From Squalus acanthias (taxonomy: Eukaryota), in the NCBI GenBank assembly GCA_030390025.1, contig CM059427.1, positions 33,418,001 to 33,482,000 of the forward strand: DNA of 64,000 nucleotides, in the 5' to 3' direction. The notes beneath the pieces were generated by a model, which saw only the letters and a program-made list of their open reading frames with translations, did not search any database and was not told where the DNA came from. Made by a program: the position numbers and the translations under genes. This document shows, piece by piece, positions 1 to 12,699 of this stretch (position 1 is the stretch's first letter; each line of letters begins with the position of its first letter).

Positions 1-230
1 TCTATGTGTCAGTTATAAGTCAGTTAAGTGTTACTAAAAAAAAACTTTACAATACAATAACCCTGGTCACACAATGCTGTACGCCTTCAGGTGCTACATC
101 ACACAACCTCAACCTTGCAGACAGCATCTTGATAAATCCAGTAGATAATGGAAAAAATGTATAGCAAATACAACTAAAATTTACTGTGCATGAGGTAAAT
201 ATATCAAAGTCCTAAAACTATAAATGTATT

Positions 231-976
231 GGTCCAGAATATGCTGTAGTGGGGCATCTCGCGGCATGCCCCATTTGTTAGGTTTCTTTCCTCACCTTTA
301 GCACGAAAATATTTTACGCCGCAAATTGCTGGAAGTGCGAGTTGATAGCAGGGCATCTGGAACCTTGGTGAACGACGGGACCAACAGTTTATCTCCTTAA
401 CCAATGAGATTTAAGGATAGAGAAAGAAACAGACGAATGACAGAGAAGGAAATAGGGTGAATTAGAGTCAATTTAGGTACAGAAAGTAAAATAAAGGGAG
501 GGAAAGAAAGATTGGATTGCGAGAGAGAGAAAGAAGAGACAGAAAGGAAAAGTAAGAAAAAATTTTAAAATGCTAACTTTAAAATGTTAAAAATCTCTAA
601 GTAAAATTTGCTGCCTGCAGGAATGAGACTACACTTTCAATCGTTCCCTTTCTGGGCCAGAGAGGTTGAGTAACATTGCAGGAACATAAATCTTGTCATT
701 AAAAAGATCCTTACATTGTTAAGCACTAGTCCTAACTTTCTGCGGCGAGTTTAATTTGATTTAACAGGGCAAATGCAGCAATTTCTTGAAAGTCATGGGG
801 AGGTTAACATCGAGCTCCCATTATCGTGAGGCTAAGGCGGAGCAGCACAAATCGTCCAGCAATTTGTGGCGATTCGCAGCTCACGATGTATCTCTTCCTC
901 GCCACAAATTGCTGGGTTATTTACAAACTGATAACAGCATTAAACTCGCCGTTACTTTCCCAGCAAATTCTGGGCC
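231..976. mobile_element. Non-autonomous PIF/Harbinger-like MITE (family A, copy 1)
   Basis: Terminal inverted repeats GGTCCAGAATATGCTG (231) and CAGCAAATTCTGGGCC (961-976). Internal sequence aligns by eye with a second copy at 38054-38848. No coding capacity. Confidence 0.7.
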
Positions 977-1701
977 AATATGTTGCAAGTTCAGATTAGG
1001 TCAAAGGTTAAACCAACTTGATTGACATCTACAATTCAGTTAAGGGCAGCGACATGTGGATTAGTGTTAAAATTTACAGCACATCTGTGCATGTCCTTGT
1101 AATGCCTTTTGATCAATTAAATATTTTATGATGCAGAAATGATGCTAATGATATCATATGACCTCAGTTTACCAACAATTTTATCTTATTAATTTCAATT
1201 TGCATTGCATTAACATCTAATGAAAATAAAAGAAAAGATTTGGTAGCCATGAGATAAACAAATTGATCCCACTTGTGATGATAGCTAGCATCAGAGTTAC
1301 TGATTTTCCTCAGAGGCCGGTGTCGGGAGCAACAGGAGAGAACAGTGAGTATTTAAACTCACTTTTGCGGGCTTTTTTCCTCAGAGGCTTACCAATCTCA
1401 CAGACCGGCGGTGGCGTTCCAGAGCCACATCACAATTCAAAAAGTGACGCGGGCAAGAGGAAGCAGCTGATTGGGTGAGTACAGCCAGGTGAGTATTTAT
1501 ACTACTCTATAGTTTGACAGTTAAGGTTAATAGTTTATAAAGTTTAGAAGGTCTTAATTTTTGTGGTTATAGTTTCTAAGGTCTCTGTTGTGTAGCGGGG
1601 AGTGTGAGTAAACAAGGGCCCTTGAGTATATCATTTAATTGTAGTGTAATTAGTGGTATTGATTTGATTTAATTTAATTTAAATTAATTAAAGGGTAAGT
1701 C

Positions 1702-2988
1702 ATGGCAGCACAGCTCGGCCCCGTGGCATGCTCCTCCTGCACTATGTGGGAAATCAGGGACACTTCCTGTGTCCCTGACGACCATGTGTGCGGGAAGTGT
1801 ATCCAGCTGCAGCTACTGGCAGACCGCATTGCGGTGCTGGAGCTGCGAATGGATACATACTGGAGCATTCGCGATGCTGTGGACATTGTGGATAGCACAT
1901 TTAATGAGTTAGTCACACCGCAGGTAAAGGCTGCACAGGCAGGAAGGTAATGGGTGACCGCTAGGCAGAATAGTAGGCGCAGGCAGGTAGTGCAGGGGTC
2001 CCCTGTGGCCATCCCCCTCTCAAACTTGGCGGGTGAGAACAGAACTAGAGGACATAATTTAAGGATAAGGGCTAAACCATTTAGGACAGAAATGAGGGGG
2101 AATTTCTTCACTCAGAGGGTGGTGAACCTGTGGAACTCATTGCCACAGAGGGCAGTGTACGCCAGCTCATTAAATATATTTAAGAGGGAATTAGATATAT
2201 TTCTACAGGCAAAAGGGGTTAAGGGTTACGGAGAGAAGGCGGGGACGGGATACTGAATTGGAGGATCAGCCATGATCTCATTAAATGGCGGAGCAGGCTA
2301 GAAGGGCCGGATGGCCTACTCCTGCTCCTATCTTCTATGTAATCTATGTAATCTATGTAAACAGATATACCACTTTGGATATTGTTGAGGGAGATGGCTT
2401 ATCGGGGGAAGGCAGCAGCAGCCAACTGCCTGGCACCATGGGTGGTTCTGCTGCACAGGACGGGAGGAAAAAGAGCGGGAGAGCTATAGTGATAGGGGAT
2501 TCTATTGTAAGGGGAATAGATAGGCGTTTCTGCGGCCGCAAACGAGACTCCAGGATGGTATGTTGCCTCCCTGGTGCAAGGGTCAAGGATGTCTCGGGGC
2601 GGCTACAGGGCATTCTGGAGGGGGAGGGTGAACAGCCAGTTGTCGTGGTGCATATAGGTACCAATGATATAGGTAAAAAACGGGATGAGGTCCTAAAAGC
2701 AGAATACAGGGAGTTAGGAGGTAAATTAAAAAATAGGACCTCAAAGGTAGTAATTTCAGGATTGCTACCAGTGCCACGTGCTAGTCAGAGTAGAAATAGA
2801 AGGATATTTCAGATGAATACGTGGCTAGAGGAATGGTGCAAGGGGGAGGGATTCAAATTCCTGGGACATTGGAACCGGTTCTGGGGAGTTGGGACCAGTA
2901 CAAACTGGACGGTTTGCACCTGGCCGGGACCGGGACCGATGTCCTAGGGGGAGTGTTTGCTAGTGCTGTTGGGGAGGGTTTAAACTAA
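1702..2988 (+). pseudogene. CR1 ORF1 (zinc finger + SGNH/GDSL esterase domain), interrupted
   Basis: ORFs 1702-1950 (CSSC...HVCGKC), 1954-2025 and 2359-2947 (IVIGDSIVRG, VHIGTND) join once the 2026-2358 insert is removed. One stop near 1950 and a frameshift near 2885. Confidence 0.85.
2026..2358 (+). mobile_element. 5'-truncated CR1 3' fragment nested in ORF1
   Basis: TRGHNLRI...FFTQRVVNLWNSLP C-terminus and (CTATGTAAT)n tail. Flanked by AAAC at 2022-2025 and 2359-2362; removal restores VAIPLSN|RYTTL. Confidence 0.85.
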
Positions 2989-3171
2989 AATGGCAGGGGG
3001 TTGGGAACCTGTGCAAGGAGACAGAGGAAAGGGAAGCAAGGATAGAAACAAAAGACAGGAAGGAGAAAAGCAAAAGTGGAAGGCAGAGAAATCAAGGGTG
3101 TAAATCAAACAGGGCTACAGTAAATAATAATTCTAAAAGGAATAAGAGTGTTAAAAAAACAAGCCTGAAGG

Positions 3172-5237
3172 TTGTGTCTTAATGCGAGGAGCATTCATAA
3201 TAAGGTGGATAAATTAACTGTGCAAATAGATGTAAACGGATATGATATAATTGGGATTACGGAGACATGGCTCCAAGGTGACCAAGGCTGGGAATTCAAC
3301 ATCCAGGGGTATTCAATATTCAGGAAAGACAGGCAAAAAGGAAAAGGAGGTGAGGTAGCATTGCTGGTTAAAGAGGAGATTAACACAATAGTAAGGAAGG
3401 ATATTAGCTCTGATGATGTGGAATCTGTATGGGTAGAGCTGAGAAATATCAAGGGGCAGAAAACGTTAGTGGGAGTTGTATACAGACCCCCAAACAGTAA
3501 TGCTGAGGTTGGGGACGGCATTAAATGGGAAATTAAAGATGCGTGCAATAAGGGCACAGCAGTTATCATGGGTGACTTTAATCTACATATAGATTGGGCT
3601 AACCAAATTAGTAACAATACTGTGGAGGAGGAATTCCTAGAGTGTATACGGGATGGTTTCCTGGACCAATATGTCGAGGAACCAACTAGAGATCAGGCCA
3701 TCTTAGACTGGGTATTATGTAATGAGAAAGGATTAATTAGCAATCATGTTGTGCGAGGCCCCTTGGGGAGGAGCAATCATAATATGATAGAATTCTTCAT
3801 TAAGATGGAGAGTGAAGTAGTTGACTCAGAGACTAGGGTCCTGAATTTAAATAAAGGAAACTACAATGGTATGAGGCGCGAGTTGGCTAGGATGGATTGG
3901 GGAATGTTACTTAAAGGGTTGACGGTGGATAGGCAATGGCAAACATTTAAAGATCGCATGGATGAACTACAGAATTTGTTCATCCCTGTTTGGCATAAAA
4001 ATAAACAAAAAAGGTGACTCAACCGTGGCTAACAAGGAAAATTAGGGATAGCATAAGATCCAAGGAGAGGACATATAAATTGGCGAGAAAAAGCAGCAAA
4101 CCTGAGGATTGGGAGCAGTTTAGGATTCAGCAAAGGAGGACAAAGAGATTAATTAAGAGGGGGAAAATAGAATATGAGAGTAAGCTTGCAGGGAACATAA
4201 AAACTGACTGTAAAAGCTTCTATAGATATGTGAAGAGAAAAAGATTGGTGAAGTCAAGCATAGGTCCCTTGCTGTCAGAATCAGGGGAATTTATAATGGG
4301 GAACAAAGAAATGGCAGATCAATTAAATACATACTTTGGTTCTGTCTTCACAAAGGAGGACACAAATAACCTCCCAGAGATGTCGGGGAATATAGGGTCT
4401 AATGAGAGTGAGGAACTGAAAGAAATCAGTATTTGTAGGGAAATGGTGTTAGGGAAATTGACGGGATTGTAGGCCGATAAATCACCAGAGCCTGATAATC
4501 TACATCCTAGGGTACTTAAGGAAGTGGGCCTAGAAATAGTAGATGCATTGCTGGTCATCTTCCAAAATTCTATAGACTCTGGAACAGTTGCCATGGATTG
4601 GAGGGTAGCTAATGTAACCCCACTATTTAAAAAAGGTGGTAGAGAGAAAATGGGTAATTATAGACCAGTAAGCCTGACATCGGTAATGGGGAAAATGCTA
4701 GAGTCCATTATAAAAGATGTAATAGCAGAGCACTTGGAAAGCAGTGACAGGATCGGACAAAGTCAACATGGATTTACAAAAGGTAAATCATGCTTGACTA
4801 ATCTACTGGAATTTTTTGAGGATGTAACTGGTAGAATAGATAAGGGAGAACCAGTGGATGTGGTGTATTTGGACTTTCAGAAGGCTTTCGATAAGGTCCC
4901 GCATAAGAGATTAGCATGCAAAGTTAAAACACATGGGATTGGGGGTAAGGTACTGACTTGGATAGAGAACTGGTTGGCAGACAAGAAGCAAAGAGTTGGA
5001 ATAAATGGGTCTTTTTCCGAGTGGCAGGCAGTGACTAGTGGGGTACCGCAGAGATCGGTGCTAGGACCCCAGCTATTCACAATATATATTAATGATCTAG
5101 ACGAGGGAACTAGATGTAATATCTCCAAGTTTGCAGACGACACAAAGCTGGGTGGGCGTGTGTGCTGTGAGGAGGATGCAGAGAAACTCCAGTATGATTT
5201 GGACAGGTTGGGTGATTGGGCAGATGCATGGCAGATG
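3172..5237 (+). pseudogene. CR1 ORF2 (APE endonuclease + reverse transcriptase), disrupted
   Basis: ORFs 3172-4017, 4014-4472 and 4524-5273 are consecutive pieces of an APE-RT polyprotein, broken by a frameshift and a stop. Confidence 0.9.
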
Positions 5238-6360
5238 ATAATATACTGGCATGGATTAAAAATTGGTTTATAGACAGGAAACAGAGAGTAGGAATAAATG
5301 GGTCTTTTTCGGGGTGGCAGGCAGTGACTAGTGGGGTACCGTGGGGATCAGTGCTGGGGCCCCAGCTATTCACAATATATATCAATGATTTGGATGAGGG
5401 AACCAAATGTAATATTTCCAAGTTTGCTGACGACATGAAACTAGGTGGGATTGTGAGTTGTGAGGAGGATGCAAAGAGGCTTCAAGGCGATTTAGACAAG
5501 TTGAATGAGTGGGCAAATACATGGCAGATGCAGTATAACGTAGATAAATGTGAGGTTATCCACTTCGGTAGGAAAAACAGAAAGGTAGAGTATTATTTAA
5601 ATGGTGATAGATTGGGAAATGTTGATATACAGAGGGACTTGGGTGTTCCTTGTACACCAGTCACTGAAAGCAACCATGCAGGTGCAGCAAGCAGTTAGGA
5701 AGGCAAATGGTATGTTGGCCTTCATTGCAAGAGGATTTGAGTACAGGAACAAGGATGTCTTACTACAGTTATACAGGGCCGTGGTGAGACCACACCTTGA
5801 GTACTGTGTGCAGTTTTGGTCTCCTTATCTAAGAAAGGATATACTTGCCATAGAGGGAGTGCAGCGAAGGTTCACCAGACTGACTCCTGGGATGGCAGGA
5901 CTGTCGTATGAGGAGAGGTTGGGTCGACTAGGCCTGTATTCACTAGAGTTTAGAAGAATAGGAGGGGATCTCATTGAAACGTATAAAATTCTGACAAGGC
6001 TAGACAGACTGGATGCAGGGAGGATGTTTCCCCTGGCTGGGGGGTCTAGAACGGGGGTCACAGTCTCAGGAGAAGGGGTAGGACATTTAGGACTGAGATG
6101 AGGAGAAATTTCTTCACTCAGAGGGTGGTGAACCTGTGGAATTCTCTACCACAGAAGGCTGTGGAGGCCAAGTCACTGAATATATTTAAGAAGGAGATAG
6201 ATAGATTTCTAGACACAAAAGGCATCAAGGGGTATGAGGAGAGAGTGGGAATATGGTATTGAGATAGAGGATCAGCCATGATCATATTGAATTGCGGAGC
6301 AGGCTCGAAAGGACGAATGGCCTACTCCTGCTCCTATTTTTCTATGTTTCTATGTTTCTA
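5238..6360 (+). mobile_element. Second CR1 copy (RT C-terminus and 3' tail) joined to the first
   Basis: Restarts at ILAWIKNW...GVPWGSVLGP...KFADD, repeating about 290 bp of RT already present at ~4950-5237 in diverged form. Ends in (CTATGTTT)n. Confidence 0.85.
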
Positions 6361-7860
6361 ACTAGCCGCACCTCTAGCCAAGCTGTTCCAGTACACCTAT
6401 AACACTGGCATCAATCCGACAATGTGGAAAACTGCCCAGGTATGTCCTGTCCACAAAAAGCAGGACAAATCCAATCCGACCAATTACCGCCCCATCGGTC
6501 TACTCTCAATCATCAGCAAAGTGATGGAAGGTGTCGTCGACAGTGTTATCAAGCAGCACTTTCTCAGCAATAACCTGCTCACTGATGCCCAGTTTGGGTT
6601 CTGCCAGGACCACTTGGCTCCAGACCTCATTACAGCCTTGGTCCAAACATGGACAAAGAGCTGAATTCCAGAGCTGAGGTAAGAGTGACTGCCCTTTGAC
6701 ATCAAGGCAGCATTTGACCGAGTGTGGCATCAAGGAGCCCGAGTAAAATTGAAGTCAATGGGAATCGGGCGGGAAACTCTCCACTGGCTGGAGTCATACC
6801 TAGCACAAAGGAAGATTGTTGTGGTGGTTGGAGGTCAACCATCACAGCCCCAGGACATCGCTGCAGGAGTTCCTCAGGGCAGTGTCCTAGGCCCAACCAT
6901 CTTCAGCTACTTCATCAATGACCTTCACTCCAACATAAGGTCAGAAATGGGGATGTTCGCTGATGACTGCAGAGTGTTCAGTGCCATTCACAACTCCTCA
7001 GATAATGAAGCAGTCCATGCCCACATGCAGCAAGACCTGGACGACATTCAAGCTTGGGCTGATAAGTGGCAGGTAACATTCGCGCCACACAAGTGCCAGG
7101 CAATGACTATCTCCAACAAGCAAGCGTCTAACCACCGCCACTTGACATTCAATGGCATTACCATCGCCGAATCCCCCACCATCCACATTTGGGAGGTCAC
7201 CATTGCCCAGAAACTTAACTGGACCAGCCACATAAATACTGTGGCAACAAGAGCAGGTCAGAGGCTGAGTATTCTGCAGCGAGTGTCTCACCTCCTGACT
7301 CCCCAAAGCCTTTCCCCCATCTACAAGGCACAAGTCAGGAGTGTGATGGAATACTCTCCACATCCCTGGATGAATACAGCTCCAACAGCACTCAAGAAGC
7401 TCAACACCATCCAAGACAAAACAGATTGATTGGCACCCCATCCACCACCTTAAACATTCACTCCCTCCACCACCGGCGCACTGTGGCTGCAGTGTGTACC
7501 ATCTAGAAGATGCACTGCAGCAACTTGCCAAGGCTTCTTCGACAGCACCTCCCAAACCTGCGACCTCTACCACCTAGAAGGACAAGGGCATCAGGTGCAT
7601 GGGAACACCATCACCTCCAAGTTCCCCTCCAAGTCACACACCATCCTAACTTGGAAATATATCGCCGTTCCTTCATCGTCGCTGGGTCAAAATCCTGGAA
7701 CTCCCTCCCTAACAGCATTGTGGGAGTACCTTCACCACACAGACTGCAGCGGTTCAAGAAGGTGGCTCACCACCACCTTCTCAAGGGCAACTAGGATGGG
7801 CAATGAATGCTGGCCTTGCCAGTGACACCCACATCCCATGAACGAATAAATCAAAAAAAA
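6361..7860 (+). mobile_element. LINE-B (CR1/L2-group non-LTR retrotransposon), 5'-truncated
   Basis: RT motifs NYRPIGLLS, GVPQGSVLGP and MFADD. The 3' end CCCATGAACGAATAAA plus A-tail is shared with copies at 17994, 34512 and 45505. Confidence 0.9.
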
Positions 7861-8099
7861 TTCTTATGTATCACTCAGCTCTGTTTATTGCTGGATAGGA
7901 TTTTCTGAAACCATTATGAATGTATTATTGAATAGGAAAGCAACTATGTTTCCCCACAATGTACAGGAAATGTGGAACAAACCTCCAGCCAACACAGTTC
8001 ATGCTGCACCACTTAATTCTTTAGAAAGGTGGGTAAAATTCTGGGTAGAAAACTGTGCTTTGAAATGGGACTGAGGACTCTAATTAACAATACAAGCAA

Positions 8100-8236
8100 C
8101 ACAAAAGCAAAATAATGTAGATGCTCGAAATCTGAAATAAAAACAGAAAATGCTGGAAACACTCAGCAGGTCAGGCAGCATCTGTGGAGAGAGAAACAGT
8201 TAACGTTTCGGGTCAACGACCTTTCATCAGAACTGA
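8100..8236 (-). mobile_element. Penelope-like element terminal-repeat fragment
   Basis: Closely similar to 21185-21322, which lies 3' of the PLE ORF. Confidence 0.8.
8197..8235 (-). ncRNA. Minimal type I hammerhead ribozyme (PLE-associated)
   Basis: Minus strand reads CAGUU-CUGAUGA-A-AGGUC-GUU-GACCC-GAAA-CG-UU-AACUG: core boxes, stem I (CAGUU/AACUG), stem II and palindromic ACGU stem III. Confidence 0.65.
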
Positions 8237-8319
8237 AAGACGGTACAAAGGGAAATCCCGACAGAGAGAAGAGCTGAACTTCTTCAAGGTGGCATTCCTG
8301 GAAGAGAAGTGGGAGTGAA

Positions 8320-8472
8320 ATAAGAATATAAGAACATAAGAATTAGGAGCAGGAGCAGGCCATACAGCCCTTCGAGCCTGCTCTGCCATTCAATAACATC
8401 ATGGCTGATCTTCGACCTCACGTCCACTTTCCCGCCCGATCCCCATATGTCTTGATTCCTTTCGAGTCCAAA
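8320..8472 (-). mobile_element. CR1 3' tail fragment
   Basis: (CATAAGAA)n tail and GGAGCAGGAGCAGGCCAT 3' UTR motif, reverse-complementary to other CR1 tails. Confidence 0.75.
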
Positions 8473-8593
8473 ACTCTTCACATCAAACTGGCCCTATTCC
8501 TGTTAATGGTGAATTACTTCATCCTGAAATTTGAATAATGCTAGTATTGCACGGCTTTGAATGAAAAGGACATAAGAAAGCATGGAATGCAAA

Positions 8594-8975
8594 AAAGAAA
8601 GACTTGCATTTATATAGCGCCTTTCACAACCTCAGGACGTCCCAAAGCACTTTACTGCCAATGAAGTACTTTGAAGTGTTGTAATGCAGGAAACGCAGCA
8701 GCTAATTTGCACACAGCAACACCCCACAAACAGCACTGTGTTAATGGCCAGATAATCTGTTTTTAATGATGTTGATTAAGGGATAAATATTGGCCAGGAC
8801 ACCGGGGATAACTCTCCTGCTCTTCTTCGAAATAGTGCCATGGGATCTTTTATGTCCACCTGAGAGAGCAAACGGGCCTTGGTTTAACGTCTCATCCAAA
8901 AGACGGCAACTCAGACAGTGCAGCACTCCCTCAGTACTGCCCTGGAATATCAGCCGAGATTTTTGTGCTGAAGTC
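8594..8975 (-). mobile_element. Deu-domain tRNA SINE (SacSINE1/AmnSINE1-like), 3' part
   Basis: Reverse complement of the intact copy at 40399-40866. The 5' head continues at 11332-11400 after a CR1 insertion. Confidence 0.85.
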
Positions 8976-11312
8976 ATAGAATCATAGAATCATAGAAGTT
9001 AATGGCACAGAAGGAGGCCATTCAGCCCATCATGTCTGTGCCAGCCGAAAAAGAGCTATCCAGCCTAATCCCACTTTCCAGCTCTTGGTCCGTAGCCTTG
9101 TAGGTTATGGCACTTCAAATGCATATCAAAGAACTTTTTAAACGGGATGAGTGTTTCTGCCTCTACCCCTTTCAGGCAATGCGTTTCAGATCCCCACCAC
9201 CCTCTGGGTGAAAATATTTCTCCTCAACTCCCCTCTAATCTTTCTAACAATTACTTTAAATCTATGCCCCCTGGTTATTGACCTCGCTGCTAAGGGAAAT
9301 AGGTCCTTCCTATCCACACTATCTAGGCACCTCATAAGTTTATACACCTCAATTAAATCTTCCCTCGGCCTCCTCTGTTCCAAAGAAAACAACGCCAGCC
9401 TATCCATTCTTTCCTCATAGCTAAAATTCTCCAGTCCTGGCAACATTCTCGTAAATCTCCTTTGTACCCTCTCTAGTGCAATGACATCTTTCCTGTAATG
9501 TGGTGACCAGAACTGTATGCAGTACTCTAGCTGTGGCCTAACTAGTTTTTATACTGTTCTAGCATAACCTCCCTGCTCTGATATTCTATGCCTCGGCTAA
9601 TAAAGGAAAGTATCCCGTATGGCTTCTTAACCACCTTATCTACCTGTCCTGCTACCTTCGGGGATCTGTGGATATGCACTCTGTTTCTCTACACTTTTCA
9701 GTATCCTACCATTTATTGTGTATTCCCTTGCCTTGATAGCCCTCCCCAAATGCATTACCTCACACTTCTCCAGATTGAATTCCATTTGCCACTTTTCTGC
9801 CCACCTGACCAATCCATTGATATCTTCCTGCAGTCTACAGCTTTCTTCCTCATTATCAACCACCTGGCCAATTTTTGTATCATCTGCAAACTTCTTAATC
9901 ATGTCCCCTACATTGATGTCTAAATCATTACTGTATACCACAAAAAGCAAGGGACCTCGTACTGAGCCCTGTTGAACCCCACTGGAAACAGCCTTCCAGT
10001 CACAAAAGCATCCGTCAACCATTACTCTTTGCTTCCTGCCACTGAGCTAATTTTGGATCCAACTTGCCACTTTCCTTTGGATCCCATGGGCTTTTACTTT
10101 TCTGACCAGTCTGCCATGTGGGACCTTGTCAAAAGCCTTGCTGAAATCCATGTAGACTACATCAAAAGCGCTACCCTCATCGACCCTACTTGTTACCTCC
10201 TCAAAAAATTCAATCAAGTTAGTCAGACACAATCTTCCCCTAACAAATCCATGCTGACTGTCCTTGATTAATCCGTGCCTTTCTAAATGACAATTAATAC
10301 TGTCCCTCAGAATTTTTTCCAATAATTTGCCCACCACCAAGGTCAGGCTAACTGGCCTGTAATTACTCGGTCTATCCCTTTCTCCCTTTTAAAACAATGG
10401 TACAACGTTAGCAGTCCTCCAGTCCTCTGGCACCACACTTGTAGCCAGAAAGGATTGGACAATAATGGTCAGAGCCTCCGCTGTTTCTTCCCTTGCTTCT
10501 CTTAACAGCCTGGGATACATTTCATCCGGGCCTGACGATTTATCTACTTTCAAAGATGCTAAACCCCTTAATATTTCCTCTCTCGCTACGTTTATTTCAT
10601 CTAATATTTCACACTCCTCCTCCTTAACTACAATGTCTGCATTGTCCCCCTCGTTTGTGAAGACAGACGCAAAGTATTCATTAATAACCATACCCAAGTC
10701 TTCTGCCTCCACACAGGTTACCATTTTGGTCTCTAATAGGCCCTACTCTTTCCTTAGTTATCCTCTTGCTCTTTATCTATTTGTAAAACATCTTTGGGTT
10801 TTCCTTGATTTTACTTGCCAATATTTTTTCATGCCCTCGCTTTGCGTTCCTAATTTCCTTTTTAATTTCACCCCTGCACTTTCTATACTCCTCCAGGCTT
10901 TCTGCAGAATTGAGCTCACGGAATCTGACGAAAGCTTCCCTTTTTCCCCATATCCTACCTTGCATGCTCCTTGACATCTAGGGACCTCTAGATTTGGGAG
11001 TCCCACCCTTTTTCTTTGTGGGAACATATTTGCTGTGAACCCTCACTATCTCCTCCTTGAATGCCTCCCACTGCTCTGACACTGATTTACCTTCAAGTAG
11101 CTGTTTCCAGTCCACTTTTGCTAAATCATATCTCGGCTTAGTAAAATTGGCTTTTCCCTATTTGATAACTTTTACTCTTGGTCTATCTTAATCCTTTTCC
11201 ATAACTACACTTAATCTAACTGAATTATGATCACTTCCACCAAAGTGCTCTCCCACTGATACCCCTTCCACCTGCCCAGCTTCATTCCCTTAAACTAAAT
11301 CCAGAACTGCCT
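8976..11312 (-). mobile_element. CR1 LINE (partial ORF2) inserted into the SINE
   Basis: Minus-strand RT fragments (MDFSKAFD, KFADD, TRGHRFK) and a (TCATAGAA)n tail at 8976. It splits the SINE. Confidence 0.9.
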
Positions 11313-11331
11313 CCTCTCTCTCTCTCTCTGG

Positions 11332-11400
11332 AGTCTCTGGAGTCGGACTTGAATCCACAATCTTTTGCATCAGAGGCAAGATTTCTACCAACTGGTGACA
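11332..11400 (-). mobile_element. 5' tRNA-like head of the split Deu SINE
   Basis: AGTCTCTGGAGTCGGACTTGAATCCACAA continues exactly where 8975 stops; contains a box B-like GATTCAAGTCC on the minus strand. Confidence 0.7.
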
Positions 11401-11779
11401 CTGCTAAAAAGGCCATTCAGTTCATCAAAACCACTACAATTTATCTTATTATGAATTCTATCTCACCTATTTAATTTCCTGAGGAAAATTCATGCAGAAG
11501 CTCTCCCTGATCCCAGCGATAATCAAATGAAACTCTAAACAATCTATCTAACCCACAACTACACTATTCAACTTCGACTGGCTGCCTACCACAATCAAAA
11601 GATCAACCTTTTTCAGCAGCATCACAAGAACCATTGTGTTCCACGGAGTGGTTGGTCATCCTTGTCTATAGTAACCCGATAATCTTCATGAGCATCTTCA
11701 CAAAGCAACTCAAAACATTTCATACCATTATGTGGCACAATAATTCTCAGGTTTAGTCCTAAGGTAGTCCTGTGGGTAC

Positions 11780-12233
11780 AGAATCACAGAATTATAGAAA
11801 TTTACAGAACAGAAGGAGGCCATTCGGACCATCATATCTGTGCCGGCCGAAAAAGAGCTATCCAGCCTAATCCCACTTTCCAGCTTTTGGTCCGTAGCCG
11901 TGCAGGTTACGGCACTTCAAGTCCATATGCAAGTACTTTTTAAATGCGATGAGGGTTTCTGCCTCTACCACCCTTTCAGGCCGTGCCTTCCAGACCCCCA
12001 CCACCCTCTGGGTAAAAAAATGTCTCCTCAACTCCCCTTTAATCCTTCTAACAATTACTTTAAATCTATGCCCCCTGGTTATTGACCTCTCTGCTAAGGG
12101 AAATAGGTCCTTCCTATTCACTCTATCTAGGCCCCTCTTAATTTTATACACCTCAATTAAGTCTCCCCTCAGCCTCCTCTGTTCCAAAGAAAACAACCCC
12201 AGCCTATCCAATCTTTCCTCATAGCTAAAATTC
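11780..12233 (-). mobile_element. CR1 3' fragment
   Basis: ORF 11867-12259 (SYEERLDRLGLFSLEQRRLRGDL...TRGHRFK), nearly identical to ~8990-9430. Confidence 0.9.
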
Positions 12234-12699
12234 TTATGATTTAAGATTAAGTCTGTCACGTTCAGTAAAATAGACCAACTTCTCTCTTATCTCACACCCA
12301 TTGCATAAACGACTGAATAAAAATTGTCAGTGCTATATATTTTATATTTTTACAGGTACAAATATAAAGTTTAATAACTAATAAAATAAAATCTCTCCAA
12401 TAAAATTTTTATTAAAAAAGAATTAAAGTTCAGAACTTTATCTGAAAGTTTCACTGTTGTTTTGCTTTACCTCTTGTGAATTCACATTCCACTTTATCCA
12501 ACCAATACACTTCTAAAAATGGCAGAGAAGAATCATTCCTGATACAATCCAGGAGAACTATAAACATCACCACACATCATAATTCTCACATAATGCCACA
12601 CAAATGCTTTAGAGAGTATGTAACTGGTCAAAAGGCTAAAAGAAACATTGCCTTCTTGGAAAGAGCAATTCCATAGTTCTCTTTTCACTAATCCTCTTA

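Larger units (their letters stand above)
1305..5237 (+). mobile_element. CR1-clade LINE, long copy with 5' UTR, ORF1 and most of ORF2 (degraded)
   Basis: ORF1 fragments (Cys/His finger, GDSIVRG/HIGTND esterase) are followed by APE (GITETW, GDFN, DWVL) and RT ([21 protein letters not shown]) fragments in order. The 5' boundary is approximate. Confidence 0.9.
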
